Below, piece after piece: positions 37,810 through 47,942 of a DNA stretch of 56,797 nt; positions within the stretch are counted from its first letter, which is position 1; each line of letters starts with the position of its first letter. The DNA is from a virus. Its lineage: Duplodnaviria > Caudoviricetes. The translations under genes were made by a program, and so were the position numbers. The notes beneath the pieces are model-generated. The model did no database searches, was not told the origin of the DNA, and saw only the letters and a program-made list of their open reading frames with translations. The stretch is from the IMG/VR virus record IMGVR_UViG_3300045586_000026, positions 1-56,797 of that record. One strand, written 5' to 3'.

Positions 37810-38310
37810 ATGCAATATACAAAATACGCCTTTTTCAATTGGGTGATCGCCAAAGCAAAAGTTTTAAAAGATGAAACTTTTAAAGTTGTATATGCTGAAG
37901 ATACTACTCGAGCTGAAACTGGCAATCTAACGCTCTACACTAAAGGACTAATGACCGCTGTTAAAGACGGTGATCCTAGTTACGTTATAGTAGATAGAGT
38001 TCCAGGGTTGTACAGTCAAGATTTAAAAGATGCTCCTGCGGGCACATACTTCTTTACAGCGAGTGAAGATTCAGAATGGTGGTGCATAAACTATACTGCT
38101 AATGGAAATAAACTTCCTAACGTATCTGTTTTTAGATTAAATAGTGGTGAGACGATCGTACTTCCACTTGGAACTAAGTTGTTTATATGCGAAGGTGATC
38201 ACACGATCAATGGAACTGCTGCGACTTCTCCCACTAGTTATGAAGTTAGTCTTGCTCCTGCTACTATCGTTGCTACAACTAATTGCTATGGATTTTACTT
38301 ACTGGATTAA
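37810..38310 (+). CDS. Hypothetical beta-rich protein
   Basis: ORF in late operon. Confidence 0.75.
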   Translation: MQYTKYAFFNWVIAKAKVLKDETFKVVYAEDTTRAETGNLTLYTKGLMTAVKDGDPSYVIVDRVPGLYSQDLKDAPAGTYFFTASEDSEWWCINYTANGNKLPNVSVFRLNSGETIVLPLGTKLFICEGDHTINGTAATSPTSYEVSLAPATIVATTNCYGFYLLD

Positions 38311-38312
38311 TA

Positions 38313-39044
38313 ATGAAAATTTTTGAATGGGCTCTTAAGTACCTAGAGAATAAAGGTAGAAAGTACGCCTTTGTTGATATGTATGGCGATATTAGATTCT
38401 ACAGATATTATGTTTTCTACGTAGAAAAGAACACAGATGATTCTTGGAAAGCTCGATGGCTGCCAAATCTTTTCGTACACTATTTTCCAGGTGAACCCGG
38501 CGACGAAGGTCCTGACGGAGATCAGCCACACTTTCACCCTTGGAATACTCTAAGCATAATTCTTAAAGGCGGTTATACTGCCACTTTAAATAGTCTTAAA
38601 GATAGAACGTCCAAAGCTCTTGGAATTTCTTATATGTCTTATAAGGATTCGCATAATATCACTAAGATGACGGCTGGAACATGGACTCTATTCTTTCATG
38701 GTATTCGTAAACAGAATTGGTTAGTTGATGTTCGCACCTGCGAAAATGTATGTCAATCATGTATGACGCTTAACGAAGGTTCTTGCATGAAGACCCAGCG
38801 TGTTCGTCCTATGGCTGAAGATACTGAACTTGCTATGTCTGCTAAAGAAGCGAGAGGTTGGCGCAAGGCTAAATGGATTAATGTCGATGAAAACTTTGAC
38901 ACTCTAATTGCTGAACGCAAGAAGATGCTAAGAACTTTAAAAGTTCCGACACCGCCAAATAGTTCAGCTAAATTTTTAATTCTTAAAGAAGAAACTATAA
39001 AAGAACGTAGAGCTGCAAAATTACAAAATGAAAGCAATACTTAA
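38313..39044 (+). CDS. Cupin-like protein
   Basis: HFHPWNTLSIILKGGY...SHNI..WTLFFHG. Confidence 0.7.
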   Translation: MKIFEWALKYLENKGRKYAFVDMYGDIRFYRYYVFYVEKNTDDSWKARWLPNLFVHYFPGEPGDEGPDGDQPHFHPWNTLSIILKGGYTATLNSLKDRTSKALGISYMSYKDSHNITKMTAGTWTLFFHGIRKQNWLVDVRTCENVCQSCMTLNEGSCMKTQRVRPMAEDTELAMSAKEARGWRKAKWINVDENFDTLIAERKKMLRTLKVPTPPNSSAKFLILKEETIKERRAAKLQNESNT

Positions 39045-39801
39045 ACTACTTCGTACTAACCTACTAGCATTTAGATTGTATTTGTTATTAGCGTTAGTTG
39101 CGTCTATATCGTATTTCACGTTTAGTGATGCTCCAACTTGGGTATGGTTGTCTACGTTGGGAATGTATTTCGTATATGGTTGTCTTGGCGTTGTTGTCAC
39201 ATTTCATCGTGGTTTAACTCATCGCAGTTATAAGACTTCTAAAATTCTTGAGAACATATTCACGTTCTTAGGAACTCTCGCTGGAACTGGTAGCAGCATT
39301 GCATGGGTTAATATGCACATGTTACACCACAAATATTCAGACAGTATTAAAGATTCGCATTCTCCTAAGAATGGTATTCTAAAGATGTTTTTGCTGAATT
39401 ACAATGTTCCAAATGAATTGACTAAACCTGCTAAAGTTTTAATGCGAGATAGATACCATTTGTTTCTACATAAGTATTATAATCTCATCCATGTTTTAGT
39501 TGCTATAACTTTATTGAGCGTGTTTGGAATAAACGTCTTATTTGGATTCTATGTATTGCCCATGTTATTGACTGCTCTTATGAGTAACTTAGTAAATTAT
39601 CTTGGCCATTCGCATGGATATAGAAACTTTGATACTAAAGACTATAGCACTAATAGCTTTATCGCAGCTGCTCTAAGTTTTGGAGAAGGCTGGCACAACA
39701 ATCACCACAAATATCCGACTTCACCTAATTTCGGTGGTCACCATTGGTGGGAATTTGACTTAAGTTACTACGTTATAAAATTCATTAGATCGAGTCCTTA
39801 A
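39028..39801 (+). CDS. Delta-9-type fatty acid desaturase
   Basis: His boxes HRGLTH, HMLHH, HNNHH; GEGWHNNHH; TM helices. Confidence 0.92.
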   Translation: MKAILKLLRTNLLAFRLYLLLALVASISYFTFSDAPTWVWLSTLGMYFVYGCLGVVVTFHRGLTHRSYKTSKILENIFTFLGTLAGTGSSIAWVNMHMLHHKYSDSIKDSHSPKNGILKMFLLNYNVPNELTKPAKVLMRDRYHLFLHKYYNLIHVLVAITLLSVFGINVLFGFYVLPMLLTALMSNLVNYLGHSHGYRNFDTKDYSTNSFIAAALSFGEGWHNNHHKYPTSPNFGGHHWWEFDLSYYVIKFIRSSP

Positions 39802-39872
39802 TGTAGTACATCTAACGGTGTACATTAATTCGTCATTATGTTATAATTGGTCCATAGACAAAAAGGATCGTG

Positions 39873-40904
39873 ATGAGAAAGTTAGCAACAATTCGTAAGA
39901 TCGATGCACTCACTCCAATCACTGGAGCTGATGCGATCGAGTGCGCCCACGTCGGTGGATGGAAGGTCGTAGTCAAGAAAGGCGAGTATGTCGCCGGTGA
40001 CTTAGCGGTCTACATCGAGATCGACTCTTGGGTTCCTACAACTCTGGCTCCCTTCCTATCTAAGGGAAACTACCCCCGCGTCTACAATGAAGTAGAAGGT
40101 GAACGCCTTCGAACGGTGAAGCTGCGCGGTCAAGTTTCTCAAGGACTGCTGTTGCCTCTAGACGTACTACGCGGTAAGGTCAGCGATAATGATTTTGAAT
40201 ATCTCAGTGACTGTGAGAACATGGATGTCACTGAGTTGCTTAGCATCCAAAAGTGGGAACCCGCAACTGAATTCATGTCTGCAGACGCCAAAGGCGCTTT
40301 CCCTTCGCAAATTCCTAAGACTGATCAGGAGCGTATCCAGAACCTGTCATACGAACTCGAGCAATGGAAGACAGAAGGCATCACTTGGGAGGTGACTGAG
40401 AAGCTCGAGGGCTCTTCAATGACTGCCTACCTGATTGACGGCGAGTTTGGCGTGTGTTCTCGCAACCTCAACCTAAAGCCTAATCCAGATGCTACATTCT
40501 GGAAGACCGCTATTGATGCAAAACTTGAAGAAGCTATGCGCAAATTTGGCGACAACATCGCGCTTCAAGGTGAGTTGGTCGGCGAAGGTATCCAAGGGAA
40601 CATCTACAAGCTTAAGGGTACTCACTTCTATGTGTATGACATCTATGACATCGCTGAAGGTAAGTACTTTGAACCCATTGATCGAAGAGTGTTCTGTAAG
40701 ATGTATGCTATCAATCACGTTCCTGTGATGCACGCGAATACCGAACTGCTAACGTCAGTTGACTCGTTGTTAACTCTTGCCGAAGGTAAGTCTGTAATGG
40801 GAATGATTGGATGCGAGCGTGAAGGTCTGGTGTTCAAATGTAATGATAAGGAAGTTTCCTTCAAAGCGATCTCTAATCGCTATCTGTTAAAATCTAAGGA
40901 TTAA
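39873..40904 (+). CDS. RNA ligase, DRB0094/Rnl5 family (N-terminal OB-like domain)
   Basis: RKLATIRKI..GADAIE, LRGQVSQGL, PKTDQERIQN, motif I EKLEGSS, QGELVG, EGLVFK, FKAISN. Confidence 0.92.
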   Translation: MRKLATIRKIDALTPITGADAIECAHVGGWKVVVKKGEYVAGDLAVYIEIDSWVPTTLAPFLSKGNYPRVYNEVEGERLRTVKLRGQVSQGLLLPLDVLRGKVSDNDFEYLSDCENMDVTELLSIQKWEPATEFMSADAKGAFPSQIPKTDQERIQNLSYELEQWKTEGITWEVTEKLEGSSMTAYLIDGEFGVCSRNLNLKPNPDATFWKTAIDAKLEEAMRKFGDNIALQGELVGEGIQGNIYKLKGTHFYVYDIYDIAEGKYFEPIDRRVFCKMYAINHVPVMHANTELLTSVDSLLTLAEGKSVMGMIGCEREGLVFKCNDKEVSFKAISNRYLLKSKD

Positions 40905-40905
40905 A

Positions 40906-41535
40906 ATGAAAGTTTATTTTTCTAATTATCGAAACCATTGGGTATCTCCATTCACCATCCTTGAGAAGGTGTTCTTCTGGCGAGAAATTGAGTACGATGA
41001 ACCTATCATCGAGAAGTGGGCTAATCGATTAGATCCATTGTGTACAGCAGTCATGAAGACTCTCGACTTCTTTCATCCGAAGATCGAGTACGTCAAGATC
41101 GACCACTATGATACTTGGAACATGGACAGTACTCTGTCTAAGATCATCTATCCTATGCTAGTGCAACTCAATGAGAAGAAGCATGGAGCTCCATTCACTA
41201 ATGATGAAGACGCTCCAGAGGAATTGAAGTCTACAAGCGCTCCTGCTAAGGAGAACGAATGGGACACTGATGGGAATCACTTCAAGCGCTGGGATTGGAT
41301 CATGGGAGAAATGATCTGGGCCTTCCAACAAAAGAACATCGATTGGGAAGAACAATATCGTACGGGTGAGATGGACGTTGTGTGGGTCAAAGATCCTATT
41401 GATGGATCTTCTGAAATGACTCGTGGTCCACTCGATACTTACAAGTGTGACTATGAAGGCATGAAGGTTCATCAAGCTCGTATCGACAATGGTCTTCGTT
41501 TATTTGGTACTTACTATCAGGGACTTTGGGATTGA
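40906..41535 (+). CDS. Conserved T4-like hypothetical protein
   Basis: DTWNMDSTL..WDWIMGEMIWAF..GLRLFGTYYQGLWD. Confidence 0.85.
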   Translation: MKVYFSNYRNHWVSPFTILEKVFFWREIEYDEPIIEKWANRLDPLCTAVMKTLDFFHPKIEYVKIDHYDTWNMDSTLSKIIYPMLVQLNEKKHGAPFTNDEDAPEELKSTSAPAKENEWDTDGNHFKRWDWIMGEMIWAFQQKNIDWEEQYRTGEMDVVWVKDPIDGSSEMTRGPLDTYKCDYEGMKVHQARIDNGLRLFGTYYQGLWD

Positions 41536-41798
41536 TGTTTGATTGGATTAAAGATGACTACAGATCTCATCGTATTCGCTTTTGTGTTGAGTTGTGTGCT
41601 TGGGCAATTAGTATCACTTGTGCCATTGTTATGGCAGCCACTGTCCCGAGCCCTCCGCTTCTGGCTCTATATCCTATTTGGATTAGCGGGTGTGCTATGT
41701 ACGGTTGGGCTGCTTATTCTAGGCGGTCGTTTGGCATGTTGGCAAACTACCTATTGTTAGTCAGTATTGATATTGTTGGATTAGTGAGAATGTTATGA
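41535..41798 (+). CDS. Small membrane protein
   Basis: Three hydrophobic segments. Confidence 0.75.
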   Translation: MFDWIKDDYRSHRIRFCVELCAWAISITCAIVMAATVPSPPLLALYPIWISGCAMYGWAAYSRRSFGMLANYLLLVSIDIVGLVRML

Positions 41799-42391
41799 AT
41801 GAATGTGTGATTTACGACTTTGAAACATTAAGTCAGGATACTCAGAACGGAGTCGTTACTTCGTTAGCTCTACTGTCATTTAGTGAGAAGCGTTACACTA
41901 GTAACCCATACACCTATGAAGAACTAGTAAAAAGTTGTGCTTACATTAAGTTCGACGTAAAAGAACAAGTCTCATCGTTCAAGCGTGCGATGAGTAAGTC
42001 AACACTTGAGTGGTGGGAATCCCAAGGAGCAGAAGCTAAGAAGCAGATCACTCCTTCGTCTGAAGATGTTTCTATTCGCGAACTCTATGCGTTTCTATGT
42101 GATAATATTGACTTGAAGAATCATAAGAAAGCCTACACTCGTGGCAATACTTTTGATCCTATCTTTCTTGATAGCGTATTAAAGGAATGCGGTAAAACTA
42201 ATCCAATGCACTGGCGTACTATTCGTGATACTCGCTCCATGATTGAAGGTATGTCCTTTGGCATGGACTTAGACAATGGATTCATGCCTAACGATCTAGC
42301 ATCAAAGTTCGTAAAGCATGACCCATGCCATGACATTGCAATGGATGTGATGCGTATGCAACTTTTAGCCCAAGCGATTGGTGTACAATAA
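41795..42391 (+). CDS. dexA: DexA-like exonuclease
   Basis: IYDFETL, STLEWW..Q..EAK, RGNTFD, RDTRS, HDPCHDIAMD. Confidence 0.85.
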   Translation: MNECVIYDFETLSQDTQNGVVTSLALLSFSEKRYTSNPYTYEELVKSCAYIKFDVKEQVSSFKRAMSKSTLEWWESQGAEAKKQITPSSEDVSIRELYAFLCDNIDLKNHKKAYTRGNTFDPIFLDSVLKECGKTNPMHWRTIRDTRSMIEGMSFGMDLDNGFMPNDLASKFVKHDPCHDIAMDVMRMQLLAQAIGVQ

Positions 42392-42415
42392 TTCGTAATT
42401 GTGATATAATTAACT

Positions 42416-43315
42416 ATGAAAATAGCTCTTGCCTCTGACGTCCACCTCGAGTTTGGTCAACTCGAAATCAATAACACGGAAAATGCCGACGTGCTTATCC
42501 TCTCTGGTGACATCTGTGTCGCTAAGGATCTAAACGATCGCGCAGATGTTAACATCCTCGGTGAATCCCATAAGTCCAATAGATACCATGTGTTCTTTCA
42601 GAAGTGCTCTGAAGAATTTAAGCACGTGATCTACATTGCTGGTAACCATGAACACTATCATGGCGACTACGCAAAGTCCATCCCACGAATTCGTGAGAAG
42701 CTTGCGTACTTGCCTAACATTCACTTTCTCGATAAAGAATTTGTGACATTCGATGACGTAACTTTCATTGGTGGAACTCTTTGGACAGATATGAACAAGG
42801 AAGATCCGAACACTTTGTACTCTATTAAAGGTTACATGAATGACTATCGTATCATCGAGAACAGCGATGAATTAGTGCATTTTAAGACGCCAGTGTATGG
42901 TACTAAAGAAGGCGGTGGTACTGACTATGACAATATTGTAAGTCAAGAGTTTCATACTCGTAGTGCTAGGTTTACGCCGGAGGATTCTGTGAAGGATCAC
43001 AAAGCGCTGTTGAAATTCATCGATGAAACTACTGCAGGTGTACAAGAAAAGTTCGTGGTGGTGGGTCACCATTCTCCTTCGAAACTTTCTACTAAGCCTC
43101 AGTACGAAAAAGACGTGATGGTCAATGGTGCTTACTCTTCTGATTTGACCGAGTTCATTCTCGATCGTCCGCAGATCAAGGCTTGGACGCATGGTCATAC
43201 TCATCATAAGTTTGACTACATGATTGGCTCTACTCGTATCGTTTGCAACCCTCGTGGTTACATCGACTACGAACCAGATGCTAAGTTTTTTGAACTACAA
43301 TACTTTGAGGTGTAA
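42416..43315 (+). CDS. Calcineurin-like metallophosphoesterase
   Basis: SDVH, GD, GNHE, HH, HGHTH, NPRGY. Confidence 0.92.
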   Translation: MKIALASDVHLEFGQLEINNTENADVLILSGDICVAKDLNDRADVNILGESHKSNRYHVFFQKCSEEFKHVIYIAGNHEHYHGDYAKSIPRIREKLAYLPNIHFLDKEFVTFDDVTFIGGTLWTDMNKEDPNTLYSIKGYMNDYRIIENSDELVHFKTPVYGTKEGGGTDYDNIVSQEFHTRSARFTPEDSVKDHKALLKFIDETTAGVQEKFVVVGHHSPSKLSTKPQYEKDVMVNGAYSSDLTEFILDRPQIKAWTHGHTHHKFDYMIGSTRIVCNPRGYIDYEPDAKFFELQYFEV

Positions 43316-43316
43316 T

Positions 43317-43745
43317 ATGACTATAGTGACTCTTGAGGAAGACAAGGACGGCAATCTAATCCTACCCATCTCCGATGAGATGATGGCGGAGTTGGGATGG
43401 AAGATTGGCGATACGATTAACTGGAATGATAATGAAGATGGGACTTGGACTATGAGTAAACTTGAAACTGAACTAGTGTTGGTAGAATGTGTATCAACGT
43501 TCCGTATGCGCTACATGGTAGAAGTACCTAAGGGCAAAGCTGAATGGGCGCTTGACACTGTGACTATGAATGAAGCCGATGAGTTCTCACAAGAACACAT
43601 TGGCGAACAGATTATGTCTCACCGCGTTGTAAGCGAAGATGAAGCAATTGCGCTCTGCGATGTAGATAACCATTACTGCAGTGCATGGCCTCGCGAGAAG
43701 AAACTTGAAACTTTTGTAACTGAATGGAAAGAAGAAAATGAGTAA
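43317..43745 (+). CDS. AbrB-like N-terminal domain protein
   Basis: DGNLILPISDEMMAELGWKIGDTI. Confidence 0.65.
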   Translation: MTIVTLEEDKDGNLILPISDEMMAELGWKIGDTINWNDNEDGTWTMSKLETELVLVECVSTFRMRYMVEVPKGKAEWALDTVTMNEADEFSQEHIGEQIMSHRVVSEDEAIALCDVDNHYCSAWPREKKLETFVTEWKEENE

Positions 43746-43976
43746 TTTTACTTTTATATGTGATCAAGGCAGCGTTGAAAACACAACTACCTTTGAGTGT
43801 GAGACTTGGGATGAAGCTGTTGAGAACTTCGAGCTGTTCCTACGTGGAGCGGGTTTCGTCTTTAGTGAAGGCGCAACTCTTCAAATGGTAGAACCTGAAC
43901 AACATAGCAAATCCTACTTCGATACGCAGCGAAATCGATGAGTGTACATTAATTCGTATTTGTGTTATAATTAATT

Positions 43977-44474
43977 ATGAAAATATATCTTGACATGGAT
44001 GGAGTTCTAGCGAACTTCGATAAACAATACGGATTACTATTTGGAGTACGTCCCACTGACACTGAGAATCGCACTAAGCATTTTTGGAGTCACTGGGACG
44101 AATTCGTCACTGGTAAGAACTTTACCAAATTAGAACTTATGCCTGGTGCTGAGACTCTAATGAAGGCGTGTGATCTACTTAAAGTTCCTGTGGAAATTCT
44201 TACTTCTACTGGCAATGAAAAGTACTATGATACTATTGCTGCTCAAAAAACTGAGTGGCTGAAGACTCATAACATCGCATACAAGCCTAACTTCGTCGCT
44301 GGTGGTTTAAAGAAAGCACAGTACGCCGATCCTTGGAATATCCTCATTGATGATACTCCTAAAGTCGTCGACGCCTACGTTAAAGCTGGTGGTACTGCTA
44401 TTCTGCATACCGATGCAGATAAGACTATCGCTGAACTTAGTAAACTCTATTTAGAATATCAAGGTGGACAATAA
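43977..44474 (+). CDS. HAD-family 5'(3')-deoxyribonucleotidase
   Basis: YLDMDGVLANF, ILTS, K..W, LIDD. Confidence 0.9.
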   Translation: MKIYLDMDGVLANFDKQYGLLFGVRPTDTENRTKHFWSHWDEFVTGKNFTKLELMPGAETLMKACDLLKVPVEILTSTGNEKYYDTIAAQKTEWLKTHNIAYKPNFVAGGLKKAQYADPWNILIDDTPKVVDAYVKAGGTAILHTDADKTIAELSKLYLEYQGGQ

Positions 44475-44715
44475 TGAATCCAAATATGCCAGTTCCGTTG
44501 ACGACTATACCTATTTCATTGCCATCGATTCCGGTGTATGTTCCTACGCCTGTTACGTATCAATTTCAAGTGATTGAATTCGTCACTGATAACAAGATCG
44601 TTAAGGTAGAACTACAAGTGCAGTCTACGACTCATAAAGCAGATGGCAGTGTAGATCGTATGTCTGGATTCGCTGCTATCCCTCGTATCCAAATGCCCTT
44701 TGTTGAATACGCAAA

Positions 44716-45354
44716 ATGAACATCTTCTATCTTCACCGCGATCCAAAGTTATGCGCTCAAATGCACAATGATAAGCACGTTGTAAAAATGATTCTTGAGT
44801 ACGCTCAATTACTTTCCACTGCGCATCGTATTCTTGATGGTACGCTAGTTGAAGGTCTTTCAAAGTCTGGTCGTAAAGCAAAGCGCTATCAACTTCCAGA
44901 TGCACGTGATGATATTCTATACACTGCGACTCACTCGAATCATCCTAGCGCTGTTTGGGCTCGTGCTGACGAAGTACACTATCGTTGGTTGTTCTCGTTG
45001 TGGATTCAACTTATGGATGAGTATACCTATCGCTATGGGAAAGTGCATGCATCGTCACGTCTGATTGGATCGCTCAATAAAGCTCCTAATAATATCAAAT
45101 ATGAAGGTGGATTTGTTGAACCTCCACCAGCAATGCCTGAGCACTATCGTGTTCCTGGTAACGCTATTCAATCATACCATAACTACTACATCGGCGATAA
45201 GCGTAATATGTCTCGTTGGACTAATCGTGAAATGCCGCTGTGGTTCGCCGATGGTATAAATATGTTGTACGATGATGCTCTTTACATGTTCAACAATGTA
45301 AAACTTGGTCGTATTATATCAATGCCAATGAGTCAATATAATGCCAACATATAA
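44716..45354 (+). CDS. Pyrimidine-dimer DNA glycosylase (DenV-like family)
   Basis: MNIFYL..DKHVVKMILEYAQLLSTAH, THSNHPSAVWAR, EYTYRYGKVH. Confidence 0.85.
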   Translation: MNIFYLHRDPKLCAQMHNDKHVVKMILEYAQLLSTAHRILDGTLVEGLSKSGRKAKRYQLPDARDDILYTATHSNHPSAVWARADEVHYRWLFSLWIQLMDEYTYRYGKVHASSRLIGSLNKAPNNIKYEGGFVEPPPAMPEHYRVPGNAIQSYHNYYIGDKRNMSRWTNREMPLWFADGINMLYDDALYMFNNVKLGRIISMPMSQYNANI

Positions 45355-45586
45355 TTTTTACGATAAAGATACCTCCCTTGAATTTGAAAAATTCATGTCA
45401 ATCTCTGCTAGAGAACAATACCTATTAGACAATCCAAATGTAGAAACTCGAATGAGTGGCGCGCCAATGGTGTGTGATCCTGTTCGTGTTGGTGCTACTA
45501 AAAAGGATACTGGCTTTAAAGAAGTTCTACAAAAGATTCATGAAAAGACATCAGGGAGTATGATGCATCGAAACAATTCTTGGTAA
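45341..45586 (+). CDS. FmdB-like small protein conserved in T4-like phages
   Basis: MPTYNF...GFKEVLQKIHE. Confidence 0.75.
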   Translation: MPTYNFYDKDTSLEFEKFMSISAREQYLLDNPNVETRMSGAPMVCDPVRVGATKKDTGFKEVLQKIHEKTSGSMMHRNNSW

Positions 45587-45640
45587 ACTGTCTTATTTTA
45601 TTATGTACTTCTTTGATTGTTCAATTAATTTAGGAGAATT

Positions 45641-46417
45641 ATGGCTACAAAAGTTGCAAGTAAGAGAACACCTGTTCAGCGTCGAGAGGAATCTCAAGCC
45701 GATCAGTCTTTCGCTACAAGACACCAGCCAGTCGTAAGCAATGCGCTTAAGATCAAATTAGATCATTTAAAAACATTCGATGCACTAACGGAGAATCAAG
45801 GTTTATTCTTTGACGCTTATCGAAGTGGATCATATGCGTTCATGCTAATGGGTAGTCCTGGAACTGGTAAAAGTTTCATCTCGCTCTATCATGCACTCGC
45901 AGACGTTTTAACTAAGGATACTCCATATAAGAAACTAGTTATCGTACGCAGTTCAGTCTCAACACGTGATTCTGGTTTCTTACCAGGATCTCTAGACGAC
46001 AAGATGTCAATCTATGAAGAACCATATAAGCAAATCTGTGCTGATCTATTTGGTCGCCCGGATGCATATGATAGATTGAAAGAACAAGGTTACATCGAAT
46101 TCCTAAGCACAAGTTACCTACGTGGAACTACATTTAATGATGCCATCATTTTCTTTGATGAGATTCAAAATGCTAATTGGTCTGAGATGAAAACTGTTAT
46201 TGGTCGAACAGGTACTCGCTCTAAGGTTATCCTATCTGGCGACTACTCGCAAAACGATCTCACTAAATCAAAGCACGATCAGTCTGGATTTAAAGAACTG
46301 CATAAGGTTGTCACTCACATGGATGAGTTCGACATTATTAATTTTACAACAGATGACATCGTTCGTAGTTCATTCACTAAGAACTTCATCATCGCTTGCG
46401 AGGAAATGGATCTATGA
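45641..46417 (+). CDS. phoH: PhoH-family ATPase
   Basis: GSPGTGKS, GFLPG, YLRGTTF, DEIQN, GDYSQND, DIVRS. Confidence 0.93.
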   Translation: MATKVASKRTPVQRREESQADQSFATRHQPVVSNALKIKLDHLKTFDALTENQGLFFDAYRSGSYAFMLMGSPGTGKSFISLYHALADVLTKDTPYKKLVIVRSSVSTRDSGFLPGSLDDKMSIYEEPYKQICADLFGRPDAYDRLKEQGYIEFLSTSYLRGTTFNDAIIFFDEIQNANWSEMKTVIGRTGTRSKVILSGDYSQNDLTKSKHDQSGFKELHKVVTHMDEFDIINFTTDDIVRSSFTKNFIIACEEMDL

Positions 46418-46881
46418 CCCAACTATCTGCTAATTTTTCTCTATCAGAATTGACTAAGAGTGAGACTGCTCTTCGTCATAACATGGACAATACACCTGGT
46501 CAAGCAGAGATTGCAAACCTAACAGTCCTTGCACAACACGTGCTACAGCCTGTTCGCGATCACTATAAGATGGGCGTTAAGGTTAACTCTGGTTATCGTG
46601 CACCTGCTGTCAACGCTTCAGTTGGTGGATCTAAAACATCCGACCACTGTAAAGGTCAGGCCGCGGACATCGAGATTCCCAGTATCGCCAACGCAGAACT
46701 CGCTACATGGATTAGTGCTAACTTAAAATTCACTCAGATCATCCTTGAGTTCTATACTCCTGGAATTCCAGATAGTGGATGGGTTCACGTTAGTTACGAT
46801 CCAAACAACTTAAAATGTCAATTGTTGACTGCTGTTAAAGAAAACGGAAAGACGGTTTATATACCGGGACTTATTGCTTAA
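46414..46881 (+). CDS. Peptidase M15A (endolysin candidate)
   Basis: NFSLSEL, SGYR, SDHCKGQAADI, WVHVS. Confidence 0.9.
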   Translation: MTQLSANFSLSELTKSETALRHNMDNTPGQAEIANLTVLAQHVLQPVRDHYKMGVKVNSGYRAPAVNASVGGSKTSDHCKGQAADIEIPSIANAELATWISANLKFTQIILEFYTPGIPDSGWVHVSYDPNNLKCQLLTAVKENGKTVYIPGLIA

Positions 46882-47534
46882 TGTTCACTCACATACATCA
46901 TGATATTGCGAAGCTTAAGCGAATCGACAGCGATAAAGGAAGAGTATACGAAACACCTTCGGGTAAAGCGTATCCTTCCGTTACCGCCGTCACTGGACTC
47001 CACGGCAAAGCAGAAATCTTTGCTTGGAGAAAACGAGTCGGCGAAGAGGAAGCAAATAAGATCTCAAGTCGAGCAACAACCCGAGGAACTCGTGTACACT
47101 CGCTTTGCGAAGACTATCTAAACAACAAAGAAGTGTTGGTCGACATGTTCGATCAGCATACCTTCAAGTCTATAAAGCCTTCACTTGATCGTATTAATAA
47201 CATCCATGCTCTTGAGACACAGTTGTATTCTGATCACCTTCGTGTGGCGGGTACAGTAGACTGTATTGCAGAGTGGGATGGAAAGCTTGCTGTCATTGAC
47301 TTCAAGACTTCCTCGCGAGTAAAAAGTCGTGATGACATTCATGCATACTTCCAGCAGTGCGCTGCGTACGCCGTGATGTTTGAAGAGCGAACTGGAATTC
47401 CAGTGAGTAGATTAGTTATCCTTATGTCTGTTGATGGAGAGAACGAAGCATCTATCTTTGTTGAAAAACGAGATGATTGGATCGGAGAATTCATCGAGGC
47501 GCGGGAAGACTACTTCAAACTCAAAGGAAATTAA
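46881..47534 (+). CDS. PD-(D/E)XK (Cas4-like) exonuclease
   Basis: YPSVT, RGTRVH, AGTVDC, IDFKTS, Q..AYA. Confidence 0.9.
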   Translation: MFTHIHHDIAKLKRIDSDKGRVYETPSGKAYPSVTAVTGLHGKAEIFAWRKRVGEEEANKISSRATTRGTRVHSLCEDYLNNKEVLVDMFDQHTFKSIKPSLDRINNIHALETQLYSDHLRVAGTVDCIAEWDGKLAVIDFKTSSRVKSRDDIHAYFQQCAAYAVMFEERTGIPVSRLVILMSVDGENEASIFVEKRDDWIGEFIEAREDYFKLKGN

Positions 47535-47570
47535 TTGTACTTTAATTCGTAATTGTGGTATAATAAACTA

Positions 47571-47925
47571 ATTGTTGTAATTCCTTCAAAGAGAAGGCTT
47601 GTTGGACGGGGGTGCAAATCCCCCCACCTCCACCAAAAGAATTCTAAGTGTACCGTATGTGACCATGTCCACCGCGGTGAAGGTGTTAAGCAGTAACAAT
47701 TGAACCTGTAGCACTAGAGCGACACCTGCTCTTTAATAGAATTCTTTTGATGGGGGTGTACTCAGTATTCGACAGCGAGAGATATTAGAGACGGCAACAC
47801 AGTAGGCGATGACTGTAAATCAAGCAAAGTAAGTAAATGCAAACGACACACTGTACGCATTAGCAGCCTAAACGCCGCTTAGGGTTTCGGTTGGTTTCCT
47901 CGTAACAGAATAACCAACCACTTTT
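47571..47925 (+). ncRNA. ssrA: Circularly permuted two-piece tmRNA
   Basis: 3' acceptor part GGACGGGGGTGCAAATCCCCCCACCTCCACCA (ends 47635) precedes 5' part GGGGGTGTA..TTCGAC (from 47752); tag frame ANDTLYALAA* at 47839-47871; outer ends approximate. Confidence 0.9.
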
Positions 47926-47942
47926 ATTAACTTGGAGAATTT

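Noticed and set aside
46881-47534. Cas4-like nuclease as sign of a CRISPR system
   Set aside because: Standalone PD-(D/E)XK exonuclease commonly found beside phoH in T4-like phages; no array seen.
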